From assembly GCA_028280285.1 (NCBI GenBank), contig JANQMA010000024.1, positions 117-64,116 of the forward strand: DNA of 64,000 nucleotides, written 5' to 3'. Below the pieces are notes generated by a model, which had not been told where the DNA came from, did not search any database, and was given only the letters and a program-made list of their open reading frames with translations. Position 1 is the first letter of the stretch. Every line of letters begins with the position of its first letter. Below are positions 45,027-55,437 of this stretch, piece after piece. The position numbers and the translations under genes are program-made. This DNA is from Candidatus Omnitrophota bacterium (GTDB lineage Bacteria > Omnitrophota > Gorgyraeia > Zapsychrales > Zapsychraceae).

Positions 45027-48000
45027 ATGAAACTAAGCCACTTTTTTATCAATAGACCGATTTTTGCAACGGTCATTTCTATTATTATCATCATTGTTGG
45101 AGGAATTTCTTATTTTGTTCTTCCGGTCACCGAATATCCTGAGGTTGCTCCACCAACCATTGAAGTAACAGCCACCTACCCCGGTGCAAGCGCTGAGATT
45201 GTCGCCGAGACAGTCACCACACCGCTTGAGCAAGAGATCAACGGTGTTGAGAACATGATGTATATGTTCTCGCAGTCAACCAATGATGGAAGCTCTTCCA
45301 TCCGTATCACATTTAAATTGGGAACGGATTTGGATGCCGCGCAAGTCCTTGTTCAAAATCGTGTGGCCATCGCCGAAGCGCGGTTGCCGGAGGAGGCCCG
45401 CCGTCTCGGGGTTGTCACGCAAAAGAGTTCTCCTAATTTAATGATGGTTGTTCATATGTATTCGCCGGACAATACCTATGATCAAACATATATTGCCAAC
45501 TATGTCACGCTTCAAATTAAAGATGTTTTGTCGCGTATTAAAGGTGTTGGGGCGATTCGTATGTTTGGCGCGAGTGAATATTCGATGCGTATTTGGCTTG
45601 ATCCGGACAGGATTGCGTCTCTTGATTTAACGGCCGATGAGGTTTTAGCCGCGCTTAGAAGTCAGAACATTCAAGTGGCCAGCGGTGTGTTAAATCAACC
45701 GCCTGTTGCACAACAACATGCCTTTGAGGTGAGTGTGCAAACGCAAGGGCGTCTGAAAGAGCCGGAAGAATTCGGCAACATTATTGTTAAATCAAGTAAC
45801 GGGCGTATTGTGCGCATCAAAGATATCGGTCGTGTTGAATTGGGTGCGCAGAGTTATGCCACGCTTGGTTATTTAGATGATAAAGCGGCCGTGGCCTTAC
45901 CGATTTTTCAACGTCCGGGAACTAATGCGATTGAAACATCTCATCAAATTAGAGAGGCGATGAAGGACCTTGAGCAGAGTTTTCCTAAGGGCCTTGCTTA
46001 CGATATTATTTATGATCCGACGGAATATGTCGAAGAATCCATTGTCGAAGTTATTCAAACAATTTTTAAAGCGGCACTTTTGATTGTTCTTGTGATTGTT
46101 GTTTTTCTTCAGTCGTTGCGGGCTGCGATCATTCCGATTAGTGCCATTCCGGTTTCTCTTATTGGAACCTTTGCGGTGATGGAGGTTTTTGGTTTCTCAC
46201 TTAACACATTGACGCTCTTCGGGCTTGTGCTTGCAATCGGGATTGTGGTCGATGATGCGATCGTTGTTGTGGAAAACATTGAACGTAACCTTGCTAAAGG
46301 AATGGCGCCAAAGGAGGCAGCTAAAAAATCAATGGATGAGGTTGGCGGGGCTATTATTGCAACGACGCTTGTTTTGGTTGCGGTATTTTTACCGACGATC
46401 TTTATGGAGGGCATCGCAGGACAGTTTTATCGTCAATTCGGTATAACAATTACGGTGGCGACCATTATGTCTTCGGTCTCCGCCTTGACTTTTGCCCCGG
46501 CGATGGCTTCTTTGTTACTTAAGCCTAAATCATCGGATGATTGTCCGGAGCAATGTGCATGGTGGATGAAGCCGGTTAAATTATTTTTTGATTGGTTTAA
46601 TCGCGGTATGAACTTTATTACACCGAAGTATGCGTCTTTTATCGGCAAGTTGTTAAGAAAGGCCGTGATTGTTCTTGTTATTTATTTCGGTTTGATTGCT
46701 TTAACCGCCTTTCAATTTGCCCGCGTACCGACCGGGTTTATTCCGGCCCAAGACAAAGGATACTTTATCGTCGCGATTCAATTGCCTGCCGGTGCGTCAC
46801 TGTCCAGAACCGATGCGGTTGTGCAGGAAGCAACACAGAAGCTGTTAAGTATCGATGGCGTCGTGCATACGGCTGGGTTTACCGGGTTTGATGGGGCGAG
46901 TTTTACTAATGCATCAAATGGAGGAGCGATCTTTCCTGTTTTAGCCCCATTTGAGGAGCGCGCTAAAAAAGGCATAACCCATCAAGGTATTTTAGATGAG
47001 ATGCGCGCGCAAATGGCGTCCATTGAAGAAGCGTTTATTGTGGTCATTCCGCCGCCATCGGTAAGAGGAATGGGAAATGCCGGCGGATTCCGTATGATGA
47101 TTCAGGATCGTCGGGGGCGGGGCGTGCATGCGCTTAAAAATGCCACCTATGACATGATGTTTGCGGCCGGAGGCGAACCGGCGGTAAGAAACGTCTTTAC
47201 TTTTTTCAGTACCGATACACCGCAGCTTTATTTTGATATTAACCGCCAGCGTGCTGAACGTTTAGGCGTTCCTGTCTCCGATGTTTTTAGTGCTATGGAG
47301 CTTTATCTGGGCTCTGCGTTTGTGAATGATTTTAATTATTTAGGAAGAACGTTTCGCGTTACCGCGCAGGCTGACGCGCCCTACCGTCTAACATCCGAAG
47401 ATATTGTGCGCATACGCGTGCGTAATGATGAAGGCGAGATGGTGCCGCTCGGGTCACTCGGAACGTTTAGAGATATATCCGGTCCGGCGCGGGTTCCGCG
47501 TTATAATTTGTACCCGGCCGCATCACTCCTCGGTAATGCCGCTCCCGGTTATAGTTCAGGTGAGGCTTTAGCCACGATGGAACGGTTGGCGGATGAAGTT
47601 TTGCCGAATGGATTTTCGTATGAATGGACCGAGCTTGCCTATGAACAAAAACAAACGAAAAATACAGGTGCCATTGCTTTTGCCTTAGCGGTTTTATTTG
47701 TTTTTCTTCTGCTTGCCGCTCAATATGAAAGTTGGATGCTGCCTTTATCAATTATTCTTATTGTTCCGATGTCGCTTTTGCCGGCGATGTTGGGAGTCTC
47801 GTTTGCTGGTCAGGATAATAATATTTTAACGCAAATTGGTTTGGTTGTTTTGATTGCCCTTGCGAGCAAAAATGCTATTCTTATCGTCGAGTTTGCCAAA
47901 CAGTTGGAAGATCAAGGCAAAGACAGATGGGCGGCGGCGATTGAGGCATCGCGTTTGCGGTTAAGGCCGATACTTATGACATCATTTTCTTTTATTTTTG

Positions 48001-48167
48001 GTGTGATTCCTTTGGTCATTGCCACTGGGGCTGGCGCCGAGATGCGGCGGGTGCTGGGGACAGTTGTTTTTAGCGGGATGTTAGGTGTGACGTTCTTCGG
48101 ACTTTTTCTGACACCTGTTTTTTATATTTTATGCCGGAAGTTGACGGAGGTGTTTAGAATTAAATAG
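45027..48167 (+). CDS. RND efflux permease (MexF/BepE-like)
   Basis: FFINRPIFA, AIGIVVDDAIVVVEN, KNAILIVEFA, RLRPILMTS. Confidence 0.95.
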   Translation: MKLSHFFINRPIFATVISIIIIIVGGISYFVLPVTEYPEVAPPTIEVTATYPGASAEIVAETVTTPLEQEINGVENMMYMFSQSTNDGSSSIRITFKLGTDLDAAQVLVQNRVAIAEARLPEEARRLGVVTQKSSPNLMMVVHMYSPDNTYDQTYIANYVTLQIKDVLSRIKGVGAIRMFGASEYSMRIWLDPDRIASLDLTADEVLAALRSQNIQVASGVLNQPPVAQQHAFEVSVQTQGRLKEPEEFGNIIVKSSNGRIVRIKDIGRVELGAQSYATLGYLDDKAAVALPIFQRPGTNAIETSHQIREAMKDLEQSFPKGLAYDIIYDPTEYVEESIVEVIQTIFKAALLIVLVIVVFLQSLRAAIIPISAIPVSLIGTFAVMEVFGFSLNTLTLFGLVLAIGIVVDDAIVVVENIERNLAKGMAPKEAAKKSMDEVGGAIIATTLVLVAVFLPTIFMEGIAGQFYRQFGITITVATIMSSVSALTFAPAMASLLLKPKSSDDCPEQCAWWMKPVKLFFDWFNRGMNFITPKYASFIGKLLRKAVIVLVIYFGLIALTAFQFARVPTGFIPAQDKGYFIVAIQLPAGASLSRTDAVVQEATQKLLSIDGVVHTAGFTGFDGASFTNASNGGAIFPVLAPFEERAKKGITHQGILDEMRAQMASIEEAFIVVIPPPSVRGMGNAGGFRMMIQDRRGRGVHALKNATYDMMFAAGGEPAVRNVFTFFSTDTPQLYFDINRQRAERLGVPVSDVFSAMELYLGSAFVNDFNYLGRTFRVTAQADAPYRLTSEDIVRIRVRNDEGEMVPLGSLGTFRDISGPARVPRYNLYPAASLLGNAAPGYSSGEALATMERLADEVLPNGFSYEWTELAYEQKQTKNTGAIAFALAVLFVFLLLAAQYESWMLPLSIILIVPMSLLPAMLGVSFAGQDNNILTQIGLVVLIALASKNAILIVEFAKQLEDQGKDRWAAAIEASRLRLRPILMTSFSFIFGVIPLVIATGAGAEMRRVLGTVVFSGMLGVTFFGLFLTPVFYILCRKLTEVFRIK

Positions 48168-48258
48168 TAGGGGCGACCCTTGTGGTCGCCCTATAAAAAT
48201 TAGTGCTAGCACTAATTTTTAAGCGATATTTTAGGGCGGGGTCAAGCCCCGCCCCTAC
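48167..48258. repeat. GTAG-type REP doublet (REPIN) with nested family A palindrome
   Basis: GTAG-GGGCGACC-cttgt-GGTCGCCC...GGGCGGGG-tcaag-CCCCGCCC-CTAC; central TAAAAATTAGTGCT/AGCACTAATTTTTA (48194-48221). Confidence 0.8.
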
Positions 48259-48300
48259 AATATTTTTATTATGTTATTAAATGATAATCAAGGAAACACA

Positions 48301-49725
48301 ATGAACATACAATTTATAAAACTGGCAATGCTGTTGCCGATGATTTTTGTTTTATCATCATGCGCATCACTTGAAAAATTAGCAGGACCGCCAAAGCCGT
48401 CGGTTGAGGCAACTAGTTTTACAAAGGGTACGACTGAACGTTTCAATGCGGCACAACCTGTTGCCGAATGGTGGAAGCAATTAAATGATCCGCAATTGAC
48501 GATTTTAATACAGGAAGCGGTTGACCATAACCTGGATGTCAAGATTGCCATAGCCAATGTCCAGAAGGCGCGTGCTTTATTAAGAGCAACAGGCGCTGAT
48601 AGCTTTCCGACGGTTGACACAAATGTTTCTTACGCGCGGGAAAGATTAAGCGAAGAAGGGATTACCGGAAGACCCGCCGACCGCACGGTTAACAATTATG
48701 AAGCGGGGTTTGACGCGTTTTGGGAATTGGATGTATTCGGCCGGGTCAGTGAGCGTATCGCGCGGGAAAAGGCCGCTGCCGAGGAATCTCTGGCTGAGCT
48801 TAGATCCGTTTATGTGATTGTGACGGCTGAAGTGGCGCGGACTTATATTGAACTGCGCGGGGCGCAGTACAGACTTAATATTGCCAATCGCAATGAAGCC
48901 AATCAAGAAAAGACGTATAACCTTATCCAAGAAATGGCTGAAGGCGGGCGCAGCACCAATCTTGACATTGCCCGGGCGCAGACACTGTTGGAGCAGACGC
49001 GCTCGACCATTCCGCCTTTGGAGGCAGAAGTTTCTTCCCATATTCATCGTTTAGGTGTCCTTACAGGACAAACACCGGACGCCTTGGATCGCGAGCTTAA
49101 GAGTGTTAAGCCGCTTCCGAGTGTTCCATCGACAGTGGCCATTGGTGATCCGCAGAGTTTACTCAGCCGCCGGCCTGATATCCGCCGGGCAGAACAGCAG
49201 GTTGAGCAAGCCATTGCTTCGTATAATTTGGCCGTTGCGGATTTATATCCTGAGATCAGTATTTCCGGTGCCTTGGGTTTTGCCTCAGCATCGTTTGGTG
49301 ATTGGGCTTCGGCAGGCGCCTTTAATACGTCCATCGGGCCGACAATGAGTTGGCGTATATTGGACCGCGTGCGTGTGCGTGCTGAAATTGATCAGGCGGG
49401 CGGCGAAACCAAAGCCCGGATTGCTTCTTTTGATAAAACTATCCTTGAAGCGCTTGAAGAAGTGGAGACGGCGCTTGTCAATTTCACCAAAGAAGAGGCC
49501 CGCCGGCAAAGTCTGATCCAGGCAGCAAGTTCCAGTGCAACGGCGGCAGAGCTTGCCAAAGTCCGTTTCGAAGAAGGCATGGACAGCTTTTTGGATGTCT
49601 TGGATGCCGAGCGGACTCAACTTGAGGCCGAGGATGCCTTAGCGCAAGGCGAGACCCAGACGGCACTCAATCTAATTGCTATCTACAAAGCGCTCGGCGG
49701 CGGCTGGCAGATTATAAATAAATAG
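48301..49725 (+). CDS. RND outer-membrane factor lipoprotein (NodT/OprN-like)
   Basis: Lipobox LSSC; WW..LNDP.L, WELDVFG, LLSRRPDIR.AE, YKALGGGW. Confidence 0.92.
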   Translation: MNIQFIKLAMLLPMIFVLSSCASLEKLAGPPKPSVEATSFTKGTTERFNAAQPVAEWWKQLNDPQLTILIQEAVDHNLDVKIAIANVQKARALLRATGADSFPTVDTNVSYARERLSEEGITGRPADRTVNNYEAGFDAFWELDVFGRVSERIAREKAAAEESLAELRSVYVIVTAEVARTYIELRGAQYRLNIANRNEANQEKTYNLIQEMAEGGRSTNLDIARAQTLLEQTRSTIPPLEAEVSSHIHRLGVLTGQTPDALDRELKSVKPLPSVPSTVAIGDPQSLLSRRPDIRRAEQQVEQAIASYNLAVADLYPEISISGALGFASASFGDWASAGAFNTSIGPTMSWRILDRVRVRAEIDQAGGETKARIASFDKTILEALEEVETALVNFTKEEARRQSLIQAASSSATAAELAKVRFEEGMDSFLDVLDAERTQLEAEDALAQGETQTALNLIAIYKALGGGWQIINK

Positions 49726-49741
49726 TACCTGGCACTATTTA
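49719..49741. repeat. REP-like palindrome, family A (contains the OMF stop codon)
   Basis: TAAATAGTACC-T-GGCACTATTTA. Confidence 0.75.
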
Positions 49742-49844
49742 TTTAAAAAGTATCTGTTACTATTTAAACCTTAAGTTATAATATATCAATATTATAGGAA
49801 ATTTTCCTGTCATCCGCCGTTTAATAACTAACAGGAGAAAATAG

Positions 49845-50741
49845 ATGAAAAAATTAAAGGTCCTCTTCGTTGTTTCTTTTTTTCTAATTTCAATCGTTTC
49901 CCCACTTCATGCTCAAAAACAAAACCAACCTCTGCGTTTAGCGATGTCCGCCGCCTTTGTTTCTGAAAACGGTGTCAATGTCTACCAAAAAATTGTTGAT
50001 TATATTGGTCAGCGTCTGGATGCGCCAACGAAATTTGTCACGGGTTTGGCCTATTCAACGATTAATGAAATGCTTAAAGAAGGTGTGGTAGCGTCCGGAT
50101 TTGTCTGTGGCCTGCCTTATATCTTGGCGCATGATAAGGATCGGCCGGAAGTTCATCTGATTGCCGCCCCTGTCATGAAGGCCGAGCGTTACCAGGGCAA
50201 GCCTATTTACTTTTCGGATATTATTGTTCGTAAAGACAGTCCGTACCAGTCCTTTGCTGATCTTAAGGGCAAAACATTTGTCTATAATGAAGAGATTTCC
50301 AACTCTGGGTACAATATGCCGCGGTACTACTTAGTTAAAAACGGACTAGCGGGTGGTTACTTTGAAAATGTTCTAAGGTCCGGCTCTCATGAGGAATCGA
50401 TCCGTATGGTCGCCGAAGGCGCGGCGGATGTGAGTTTTGTCGATAGTCTTGTCATTGATTTTGACCGGGAAATGGGCTACGGCTATGCCGATCAGGTACG
50501 TGTCATTGAATCTGTCGGCCCGGCAGGCATTCCTCCGGTTGTCATTTCTTCTCAAGCTCCGCAGGAATTACGCGATAAACTTCAAAACATTTTAATCAAT
50601 ATGCATAAAGACGAACAAGGTCGGGCCATTTTGGATCAGGCGCTTGTTGATCGGTTTGTTGTCGTTTCCGACACTAATTATGACAATATACGTCATTTTA
50701 AGCAAACAGCCGAGACGGCAGGGTACCTTATCATTCAATGA
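49845..50741 (+). CDS. PhnD/SsuA-type periplasmic substrate-binding protein
   Basis: Signal peptide; FVCGLPY, Y.S.IIVRKDS, SNSGY..P, GSHEESI..V..G.AD. Confidence 0.85.
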   Translation: MKKLKVLFVVSFFLISIVSPLHAQKQNQPLRLAMSAAFVSENGVNVYQKIVDYIGQRLDAPTKFVTGLAYSTINEMLKEGVVASGFVCGLPYILAHDKDRPEVHLIAAPVMKAERYQGKPIYFSDIIVRKDSPYQSFADLKGKTFVYNEEISNSGYNMPRYYLVKNGLAGGYFENVLRSGSHEESIRMVAEGAADVSFVDSLVIDFDREMGYGYADQVRVIESVGPAGIPPVVISSQAPQELRDKLQNILINMHKDEQGRAILDQALVDRFVVVSDTNYDNIRHFKQTAETAGYLIIQ

Positions 50742-51775
50742 AAGCAACCGAACCTAAAAATATCAAACGCCAGCTTATTATGACTTTTGCTGGCTTGTTA
50801 TTTATTATTTTTATTCTCCAGGTTGTTATGCTTTTTACGGTTAATACGGTTGAAAAGTTTAATGTGACAAGCCGCGGCACCTTGTTTTTGCTCAAAGAAC
50901 AAACTCTGCAAATTCAACAGTTTGAACGGGCCACCTATCATGCTGTCGCTGCTTTAGCCATGTCCGACTGGAGCAGGCTTTTAAATCAAAGAGAAGAGAG
51001 TGAAGAAATCATTGAAGCGATTGAACATAGTTTTGATATTTTAATGGATGAGCATGATCATGAAACTGAAGGGCATGATCATTATAAAAATTTAGAAATG
51101 ATCGAAGATGAAGAGTTAATAAAAAAAATACAACGAAACAGACTTATTTGGCGTGAGTTAAAAAGAACGGCGGTCGTAATTCTTCGCTCGTCCAATTGGG
51201 AGATCAAGGGCAATATGTCTTTATTAAAATTTCAAAAGAATGCAGAAGAATTAAAAAAAGCCCAGGCAGAGATTTTATATGAATGGTCTAAAATTGTTGA
51301 CAGCCAAATGGATCGGTTAAGAACGGTGCAGTTTTATATCCTATTTTTTGTGTTTGTCTTTATTTTTCTTATGGCCGGTTTCGTGCACCGGAAAACGATT
51401 ATTCCGCTTGATGATTCGATTAAACATTTAAATCAAAGTCGGCATGAGCTTACGGAACGTAACGAGGAATTAAATAATTTGTTAGATCAGTTAAGAACTA
51501 ATGAAGCCAAGCTGCAAGAAAGCAATAAGCAGATGACTGCTAATGAGCAGCAATTAAAAAAGGCAAATCAGGAGCTCAAAGCCAATGAAGCAAAGTTAAT
51601 TGCAACTAATAAAGAAATGGAACTTTTTTATGATGCGGCGGTCGACCGGGAGAAAAAGATTATTGAGCTTAAGCAGGAGGCTAATAGTTTATTTAAAGAG
51701 CTTGGACGGTCTGAACCTTATGATTTAAGTTTCTTATCAGATGAAGTGGATGAATTAGATGAAAATCAGACATAA
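50738..51775 (+). CDS. 2-TM sensor-like protein with cytoplasmic coiled coil, no output domain
   Basis: TM-periplasmic helical domain-TM; heptad repeats (ANEQQL/ANQEL); C-term REKKIIELKQEAN.L..ELG. Confidence 0.65.
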   Translation: MKATEPKNIKRQLIMTFAGLLFIIFILQVVMLFTVNTVEKFNVTSRGTLFLLKEQTLQIQQFERATYHAVAALAMSDWSRLLNQREESEEIIEAIEHSFDILMDEHDHETEGHDHYKNLEMIEDEELIKKIQRNRLIWRELKRTAVVILRSSNWEIKGNMSLLKFQKNAEELKKAQAEILYEWSKIVDSQMDRLRTVQFYILFFVFVFIFLMAGFVHRKTIIPLDDSIKHLNQSRHELTERNEELNNLLDQLRTNEAKLQESNKQMTANEQQLKKANQELKANEAKLIATNKEMELFYDAAVDREKKIIELKQEANSLFKELGRSEPYDLSFLSDEVDELDENQT

Positions 51776-54700
51776 ATTAATTATTGGATTTTTGATTATC
51801 GGTATTTTTCTGTTTTTTTCGGGGTACTTTGCCTTCGAGCGGACAGAAAATTTTTTACTCGATTCCATTGGCAACGATCTTGAGGTTTTTGCCCATGAAA
51901 CCATGAAAAGCATTGACCGTTCGGTGTATCATCGTATTGAAGATTTTCAAGTTTATACGAGTGAGCTGGTTTTACAAAAAGCAGTTAGACAGTCAAATCA
52001 GATATTTGCACCCATGGACGATGCTCAGGACTTTATTGATCAAAAAGAACAGGAGTGGCGCTCTTACGGCCAAGATGAAGTGTCACCTTTTATGCAGACA
52101 TTAATTGATAATGAGTTGTCGGAAGAGTTACGCCAGAAAATAAAATCTTATAACAAGCGTTATGCTTACCCTTTGTTTGGAGAAATTTTTATCACAAACA
52201 AATTCGGTGCCAATATTGCTTTAACAAGTAAGACAACGGATTACCGTCAGGATGATGAACAGTGGTGGCAAAAGGCCAAAGAAGAGGGGCTTTTTATTTC
52301 ACAGGTTGAATATGACAACAGTGCTGATATGTACTCCATTGAAGTTTGTGTGCGTATTGATGATACCCAAGGAAATTTTCTGGGTATTATGAAGGCTGTT
52401 TTAAACGTCCAGTATGTTTTTGAAATATTGGAAGACATTGCAGAGGAAGTCAATAATGAAAAGCTGCATGGCGTAACATTAGATTTAAAGCTCATTGATC
52501 AGGATCTTAAGTATATCTACTCCACCGAAGAACCGTATCAGTTTGGAGATAAGGTAGCGGATGAATTTATACTTATCCTTAAAAATGTTACTGTTCAAGA
52601 GGATACGCATTGGACGGCAGAGGGTGATGCGGAAGATGAAGATGAGGAGTTACTCGCTGCCGTTAAGTCATATGGTTTTAAAGATTATAAAGGGCTTGGC
52701 TGGATTTTAATCGTAGAAAATGAAAAGAGGGCTTTGTGGGAGCCTATCAAGCGGTTGGAATATTTTTTGGTGACTTTATTAATATTATTAATGGCGACTG
52801 TATTTTTTGCCGGGCTTTTTCTTTACCGATCAATTGCAACACCTTTAGCGCAATTGGTGGATGCCGCATTTAGAATCGGACGGGGTGATGTCAGCGCCCG
52901 TGTTACTGTCCGATCAAATGATGAAATCGGTCAGTTGGCCAATTCTTTTAATGAAATGGCGCAAGGGCTTGAGAAAACCACAACATCTGTCGACAGGTTG
53001 AATGAGGAAATTACCCAAAGGAAAAAAACAGAGGCGGATTTAGCTGAAATTGCTAGGATCCCAGCGGAGAATCCTAATCCAATTATGCGTATTTCTAAAG
53101 ATGGTATTTTATTGTACGCCAATGGCGCAGGACATGCTCTTTTAGATATGTGGTCTTCTCAAATCGGTGAAATGGCTTTTGGGGATGTACAGGTGTTGGC
53201 CTATGAGACATTTGCGGAGAACCGGACGCGGAATATTGAATTTAAAGCGGCGGATAAAGTGTATATGTTTTATGTAGTACCTTTGGCTGAATATGGTTAT
53301 GTAGCTATGTATGCGATAGATATTACGGATCAAAAGAGTGTTGAAAAAGAGTTGGTTCAAAGTTCCGGAAAATTGCATGGGGCGCATCTGGCAACGCTGA
53401 GTATTGTTCAGGACTTAAAAGAGGAAAAGAGTCTGGCCGAGAGATTGAAGGATGAAGCCCAGTCGGCCGCTAAAGCGAAAAGCAATTTTTTAGCCAACAT
53501 GTCGCATGAAATCCGTACACCGATGAACTCCATTCTGGGATTTAGCGATTTGCTCAGGAAAACCAAACTGGATGAAAAACAAGAAGGTTATCTTAAGATG
53601 GTCGAATCAAGCGGGAAACTGCTGATCGGTATTATTGATGATATTCTGGATGTTTCCAAGCTTGAGTCCGGCAAAATCAAACTAGAGACAGTTGATTTTA
53701 ATTTAGAAGATTTGATTCACGAAGTTTTTGCCATGATTGTTACACGAATGAAAGATAAACCTTTCGATACTTATGTGGATATTGATGATGATGTCCCGGT
53801 CAATGTTCAGGGTGATCCGACGCGATTTAAACAAATTCTTGTTAACTTATTGGGTAATGCGGTTAAGTTTACACAAGAAGGCAGTATTGGTGTTGAAGTT
53901 AGCTTGGATGCAAGGCAAAAATCTCAGGATTCATCTACAGTAAACCTTTTAGTTAAAGTTAAGGATACGGGCATCGGTATCCCGAAAGATAAGACAGAAC
54001 TTATTTTTGATGCCTTCAGCCAGGCGGATGAGTCTACCACACGGCAATTTGGCGGAACAGGTTTAGGCCTTGCGATCTGTAAATCCCTCGTCGAAGCAAT
54101 GGACGGTAAGATATGGATTGAATCAGAAGAGGGTAAAGGCAGTACGTTCTTGTTTACGGCAAGTCTTAAAGTTAATGATGCCGCTAAATCAGATAAGACG
54201 GATTTGTCAATTAAGGCCTTAGAAGGCATGACTGTTTTTATTGTTGATGATAACAAAATAGCACGCAAAGTGATGCACAAATGTTGTGATACAATGGGCC
54301 TAAAAATATTTGGTGAGGCAGATTCGCCTCAATCGGCATTGCATAAGCTGGATAATCTTGCCGAGGGGCGGGGGATTATTCCTGATTTTATCTTGTGTGA
54401 TATTATTATGGAAGGTATGGATGGTTTTGAACTCGCTCAAAAAATTAAAGAGAATAAAGAATATAAACATACAAAATTTATTGCGGTGACAGCCGACCTG
54501 GAGGCAGAATCGTCAGAAGAAGCTGAGGCTAAGGTTTTTGATGCCTTTGTCAACAAGCCGGTGAATGTCAAAGAAATGAGTAAAGTTATAACAGGCTTGA
54601 TGGGGAAAAAGGAAGACAATCAAGAAAAAGAGGAAAAAGGTAATACGCATGATACCGGTATTAAAGTATTGGTTGCCGAAGATTCAATATCCAATCAGGA

Positions 54701-55025
54701 GTTAATTAAGGCCTATTTTGAAGAGTTAGGATTTGAAGGGGATTATGCGGAAAATGGGAAAATAGCGGTTGAAATGCTTAAAAATGATAACAACTATGAT
54801 TTATGTCTGATGGATTTACAGATGCCGGAAATGGGCGGGATTGAAGCGGCAGAGATTATCCGCAAAGATATTAGTAAGGATTTACCTGTTATTGCTTTAA
54901 CGGCATCTGTCCTGCAATCGGATCAGGACAGAGTGAGGAAGTCCGGGATGAATGATTTTCTGGCCAAGCCGATAGATATTGATAGTTTAAGAGAAAAAAT
55001 TCTTGAATACGTAAAAAAGAGCTGA
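51759..55025 (+). CDS. Hybrid sensor histidine kinase (Cache-like-HAMP-PAS-HisKA-HATPase-2xREC)
   Basis: DYRQDDEQWW Cache-like motif, HAMP, ENPNPIMR PAS, FLANMSHEIRTPMN, two REC. Confidence 0.92.
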   Translation: MKIRHKLIIGFLIIGIFLFFSGYFAFERTENFLLDSIGNDLEVFAHETMKSIDRSVYHRIEDFQVYTSELVLQKAVRQSNQIFAPMDDAQDFIDQKEQEWRSYGQDEVSPFMQTLIDNELSEELRQKIKSYNKRYAYPLFGEIFITNKFGANIALTSKTTDYRQDDEQWWQKAKEEGLFISQVEYDNSADMYSIEVCVRIDDTQGNFLGIMKAVLNVQYVFEILEDIAEEVNNEKLHGVTLDLKLIDQDLKYIYSTEEPYQFGDKVADEFILILKNVTVQEDTHWTAEGDAEDEDEELLAAVKSYGFKDYKGLGWILIVENEKRALWEPIKRLEYFLVTLLILLMATVFFAGLFLYRSIATPLAQLVDAAFRIGRGDVSARVTVRSNDEIGQLANSFNEMAQGLEKTTTSVDRLNEEITQRKKTEADLAEIARIPAENPNPIMRISKDGILLYANGAGHALLDMWSSQIGEMAFGDVQVLAYETFAENRTRNIEFKAADKVYMFYVVPLAEYGYVAMYAIDITDQKSVEKELVQSSGKLHGAHLATLSIVQDLKEEKSLAERLKDEAQSAAKAKSNFLANMSHEIRTPMNSILGFSDLLRKTKLDEKQEGYLKMVESSGKLLIGIIDDILDVSKLESGKIKLETVDFNLEDLIHEVFAMIVTRMKDKPFDTYVDIDDDVPVNVQGDPTRFKQILVNLLGNAVKFTQEGSIGVEVSLDARQKSQDSSTVNLLVKVKDTGIGIPKDKTELIFDAFSQADESTTRQFGGTGLGLAICKSLVEAMDGKIWIESEEGKGSTFLFTASLKVNDAAKSDKTDLSIKALEGMTVFIVDDNKIARKVMHKCCDTMGLKIFGEADSPQSALHKLDNLAEGRGIIPDFILCDIIMEGMDGFELAQKIKENKEYKHTKFIAVTADLEAESSEEAEAKVFDAFVNKPVNVKEMSKVITGLMGKKEDNQEKEEKGNTHDTGIKVLVAEDSISNQELIKAYFEELGFEGDYAENGKIAVEMLKNDNNYDLCLMDLQMPEMGGIEAAEIIRKDISKDLPVIALTASVLQSDQDRVRKSGMNDFLAKPIDIDSLREKILEYVKKS

Positions 55026-55107
55026 CTATTAATAAAATTAAAAAAGTAAAAGACAAAAGCATTTAATATTGTACAATTCAAATATCGAATAAAAGAGCAA
55101 GGTTAAG

Positions 55108-55437
55108 ATGAAAGAAGATTTTATCAAAGAAAAAAGTGCGCAGTTAAAGATTCCTGAGGCGGGGTTGGTGCGTGTTATGACCAGTGCCTTGAAAGAGACA
55201 GAAGAACAGTTATTACATTTAAATAATGCCGTTTCGAAAAGTGATTATAATGGCATAAAAAGCTTAGCTCATCGTATAAAGGGGTATTTATTAAATTTGA
55301 AAATTGATGCATTAGGCGGATTAGCTGATGAGGTCGATACGCTTGCCACCAACCAGGCGGATATGGGAGAGATAAAAGAAAAATATGAACACCTTAGGAC
55401 CGGGTTTGAGACATTCAAAAAGGAGATTGAGCTATGA
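55108..55437 (+). CDS. Hpt phosphotransfer protein
   Basis: LAHRIKG...L motif, 109 aa. Confidence 0.8.
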   Translation: MKEDFIKEKSAQLKIPEAGLVRVMTSALKETEEQLLHLNNAVSKSDYNGIKSLAHRIKGYLLNLKIDALGGLADEVDTLATNQADMGEIKEKYEHLRTGFETFKKEIEL

